This document shows, one piece after another, positions 32,679-35,105 of a stretch of DNA of 35,105 bases (position 1 is its first letter; each line of letters opens with the position of its first letter). The notes below the pieces were generated by a model. The model saw only the letters and a program-made list of their open reading frames with translations, was not told the origin of the DNA and did not search any database. The stretch covers positions 26,053,842-26,088,946 of the forward strand of contig NC_069000.1 in NCBI RefSeq assembly GCF_001194135.2, read 5' to 3'. The position numbers were made by a program, and so were the translations under genes. This DNA comes from Octopus bimaculoides (Eukaryota).

Positions 32679-33965
32679 CAGGGTGGGGCAGAGAGGATGG
32701 ACGTTTTTTGAAAACTTCACAAAACCACTAATTTTAGATGCAAACAAATTTTATTGACATCAATGTGTTTGTACTCAAGTGTGGAAAACTACATCCCTCA
32801 TGTGGTGTCCATTTTCATTGATGCATTTCTGAAGACGTTCTTTGGAAGTTGGTCTCCACTCTCTCCAGCATTGCTCTGTCGATTTGGGCGACTTCCACGC
32901 GAATAGCTTCCTTCAAATCGTCCAGTGTGCGGGACATGCGCATACACACGTGCTTTGAGGTTTCCCCACAAGAAATGATCACACATGGACAAATCAGAGG
33001 ACCGAGGAGGCCAAGGAATGTCAGCAAATCTGGAAATGAGGCGGTAACCGAAGAGAAGGCGAAGAACGTCCATTGATGCTCTGACTGTGTGGGCCGTCAC
33101 CCCATCCTGCTGAAACCACACACGTCGAATAGGCATACGTGAAGTAGTTTATCATCTCGATGTAACGCTCCGAGTTCACAGTAACAGCATTTCCATTATC
33201 GTCTTCAGAAAAGTAAGGACCAATGACAGCAGCTTTTCCAACAGGACACCGGACCGTCACTTTGGGCTGCGCAGTGGTCTTTCGTGCAGTTCTCTCGGAT
33301 TTTCCAGAGCCCAATAGCGACGGTTCTATTGATTCACCTGCCATAGAGATGAAAATGAGCTTTATCACTCATTAACAAATTAGGTTGTCACTTGCCTCAA
33401 AAACTACTTCCATCTGATGTGCGAAGTTAAGCCGCTGTGCATAGTCCCAGGATTTCAACTGTTGCCGAATGACCAATTTGTACGGGTGAAAGTGCAGGTC
33501 TTCATGTAAAATACGCCTTACCGATCGATTACCGATGCCAAGTTTAGTAGAATGCCTCCAAGCAGAGCGATTCGGACTCCGTATCAAAGCTTATCTGACG
33601 CGTTCCACATTTTCCGAGGTCCGTACCGTTCGTGGTGCCCCCACCGGTCTCCTATTCATTAGTGTACCTCGTGTTCGAAGTGCATTCAACCAACGAAAGA
33701 TTGTGTTACGGGTGGGAACAGCCTGATTTCGGTGAATGTTGAAGTGGCGCCGAAACTCACGTTGAACTGTTGTGACAGACGCGTCATTCTTCACGTAACT
33801 GTCGTAGGCAAACACGTGATGCTTTATCGTCCACAGCGCTACGGCATCACCTGAAAAAAATGCTAAGACACCACGGACTGAATGGTATCTGTTGAACATA
33901 TGTCCCTCCGCCTGAGGCTGAGTAATAGCCATTTCAAAAACGTCTTTCCTCTCTGCCCCACCCTG
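32679..33965 (-). mobile_element. Tc1/mariner-superfamily DD41D (rosa-type) transposon, full-length ends, non-functional transposase
   Basis: TIRs of about 34 bp (cagggtggggcagagagga...gacgttttt..gaaa) and TA target-site duplications at 32677-78 and 33966-67. Protein motifs are SVTTVQREFRRHF, SD(K)AHFHL, WFQQDG and WPPRSSDLSMCD; I count 41 residues between the second and third D. Confidence 0.92.
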
Positions 33966-33999
33966 TATAACTTGCATAAGTGTATACGGAAGAATTACC

Positions 34000-35029
34000 T
34001 AGACTATAATTGTAGTGGTTTTATCAAGTAAATGTAGAAAAGGGTTTCACCCCCAAGAACATTCATACTGACATATTTGCTACATTAAGGGAGGACGCTC
34101 CAACTTTAACAATAGTGCAAAAGTGGAAGATGAATTTAGGAGAACGGAGAGTTTGAAAATCACCTAAGGTCTAGACGTCCTGTAACAGCCGTCATTGAGG
34201 AAAACATTAATCATGTTCACCACATGATGATGGATAGCAGGCGATTGACTATAAATCTAATAGCCAATGCTATTAGCATATCCCGTGAGAGAGTTGAGAA
34301 TTTTCTGCTCAATGAACCTGGCATGACGAGCGTTTCTGCTCAATGGATGCCACGTCTTCTGACACCTGATCAAATGCGAACCAGGCTGATCACATCACGG
34401 GAACCTCTAACGTTGTTTTAAAAAGATCCAGCTGGTTTCCTAACCTTTCATCACTTTGATCCAGAAACAAAGGGGCAATCCATGCAGTTGAAATACCCGT
34501 CCTCACCTGCTCCAAAGAAAGCCAAGGTAGTTTCATCTGCAGGAAAGGTGATGGCCTCACTTTTGGGGATAGGTGTTTATTGACTATTTTCAAAAGGGCT
34601 ACACCATCAATGGAGAGTACTATGCCAACTTGCTGCGGCAGTTACGAAAGGCTATCAAGACCAAACGCCCGGGAAAACTGGAGAAAGGGGTATTGTTTCT
34701 TCAGGACAATACTCCGGCACAGAAGTCCTTAGTCTCAATGGCTATTGCGTGTGAGTGTAACTTTGAACTGGCTTGATTACCCTCCCTATACTCCCGCTTT
34801 GGCCCCATATGACTATCAGTTGTCCTACGAACAAGTATCGCAGTGATGATGGCTTTTCTGACCAACACGATGAAAGTTTCTTCGCCAATGGGATCCAAAC
34901 ACTGAGACATGGATGGAAGAAGTGTGTGGACGGAAAGGTGGGAGGTTCTATGTTAAAAAATAAATCTCATTTGGTGACATTCTACAATAGTGTCTTGGTA
35001 AGCCTGTGAACGTTTCAGCTGACCCACAT
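34000..35029 (+). mobile_element. Mariner (DD34D-type) relic with multiple deletions; 3' TIR-like end present, 5' TIR not found
   Basis: RRLTI..IA.AISIS.ERV, VSAQWMPRLLT (WVPHEL motif), HHFDPETK, TINGEYYANLL, LFLQDN, YTPALAPYDY (YSPDLAP motif), and the end acgtttcagctgacccacata. Confidence 0.85.
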
Positions 35030-35050
35030 ATATATGAATGTGTGCATGTA

Positions 35051-35105
<55 letters not shown>

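Overview
This is repeat-dense eukaryotic DNA from a gapped draft assembly. The two dominant tRNA-derived SINE families resemble those I recognise from Octopus genomes, so the host is inferred to be an octopod cephalopod. I found no supportable host protein-coding exon, rRNA, intact tRNA or CRISPR array. The window consists of decayed mobile elements, microsatellites and N-gaps. The main elements are: an R4/Dong-clade RLE non-LTR retrotransposon sitting in (CATA)n (4561-7597), with a Penelope-like element (PLE) nested in its 3' UTR; a Ty3/Gypsy element on the minus strand (about 13960-17447) with a U3-less LTR copy inserted in its RNase H region; a Tx1/L1-type LINE (about 17630-22067); a TIR-complete DD41D (rosa-type) transposon (32679-33965); a DD34D mariner relic; and many SINEs. 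The most interesting unannotated layer is up to seven minimal type-I hammerhead ribozyme motifs from several PLE-type repeat families, with five different palindromic stem III sequences. The best are at 13758-13799 and 11909-11944. A near-perfect 128-bp fold-back made from a PLE reverse transcriptase fragment (9317-9742) is also notable. All alignments, translations and foldings were done by eye and need computational confirmation.
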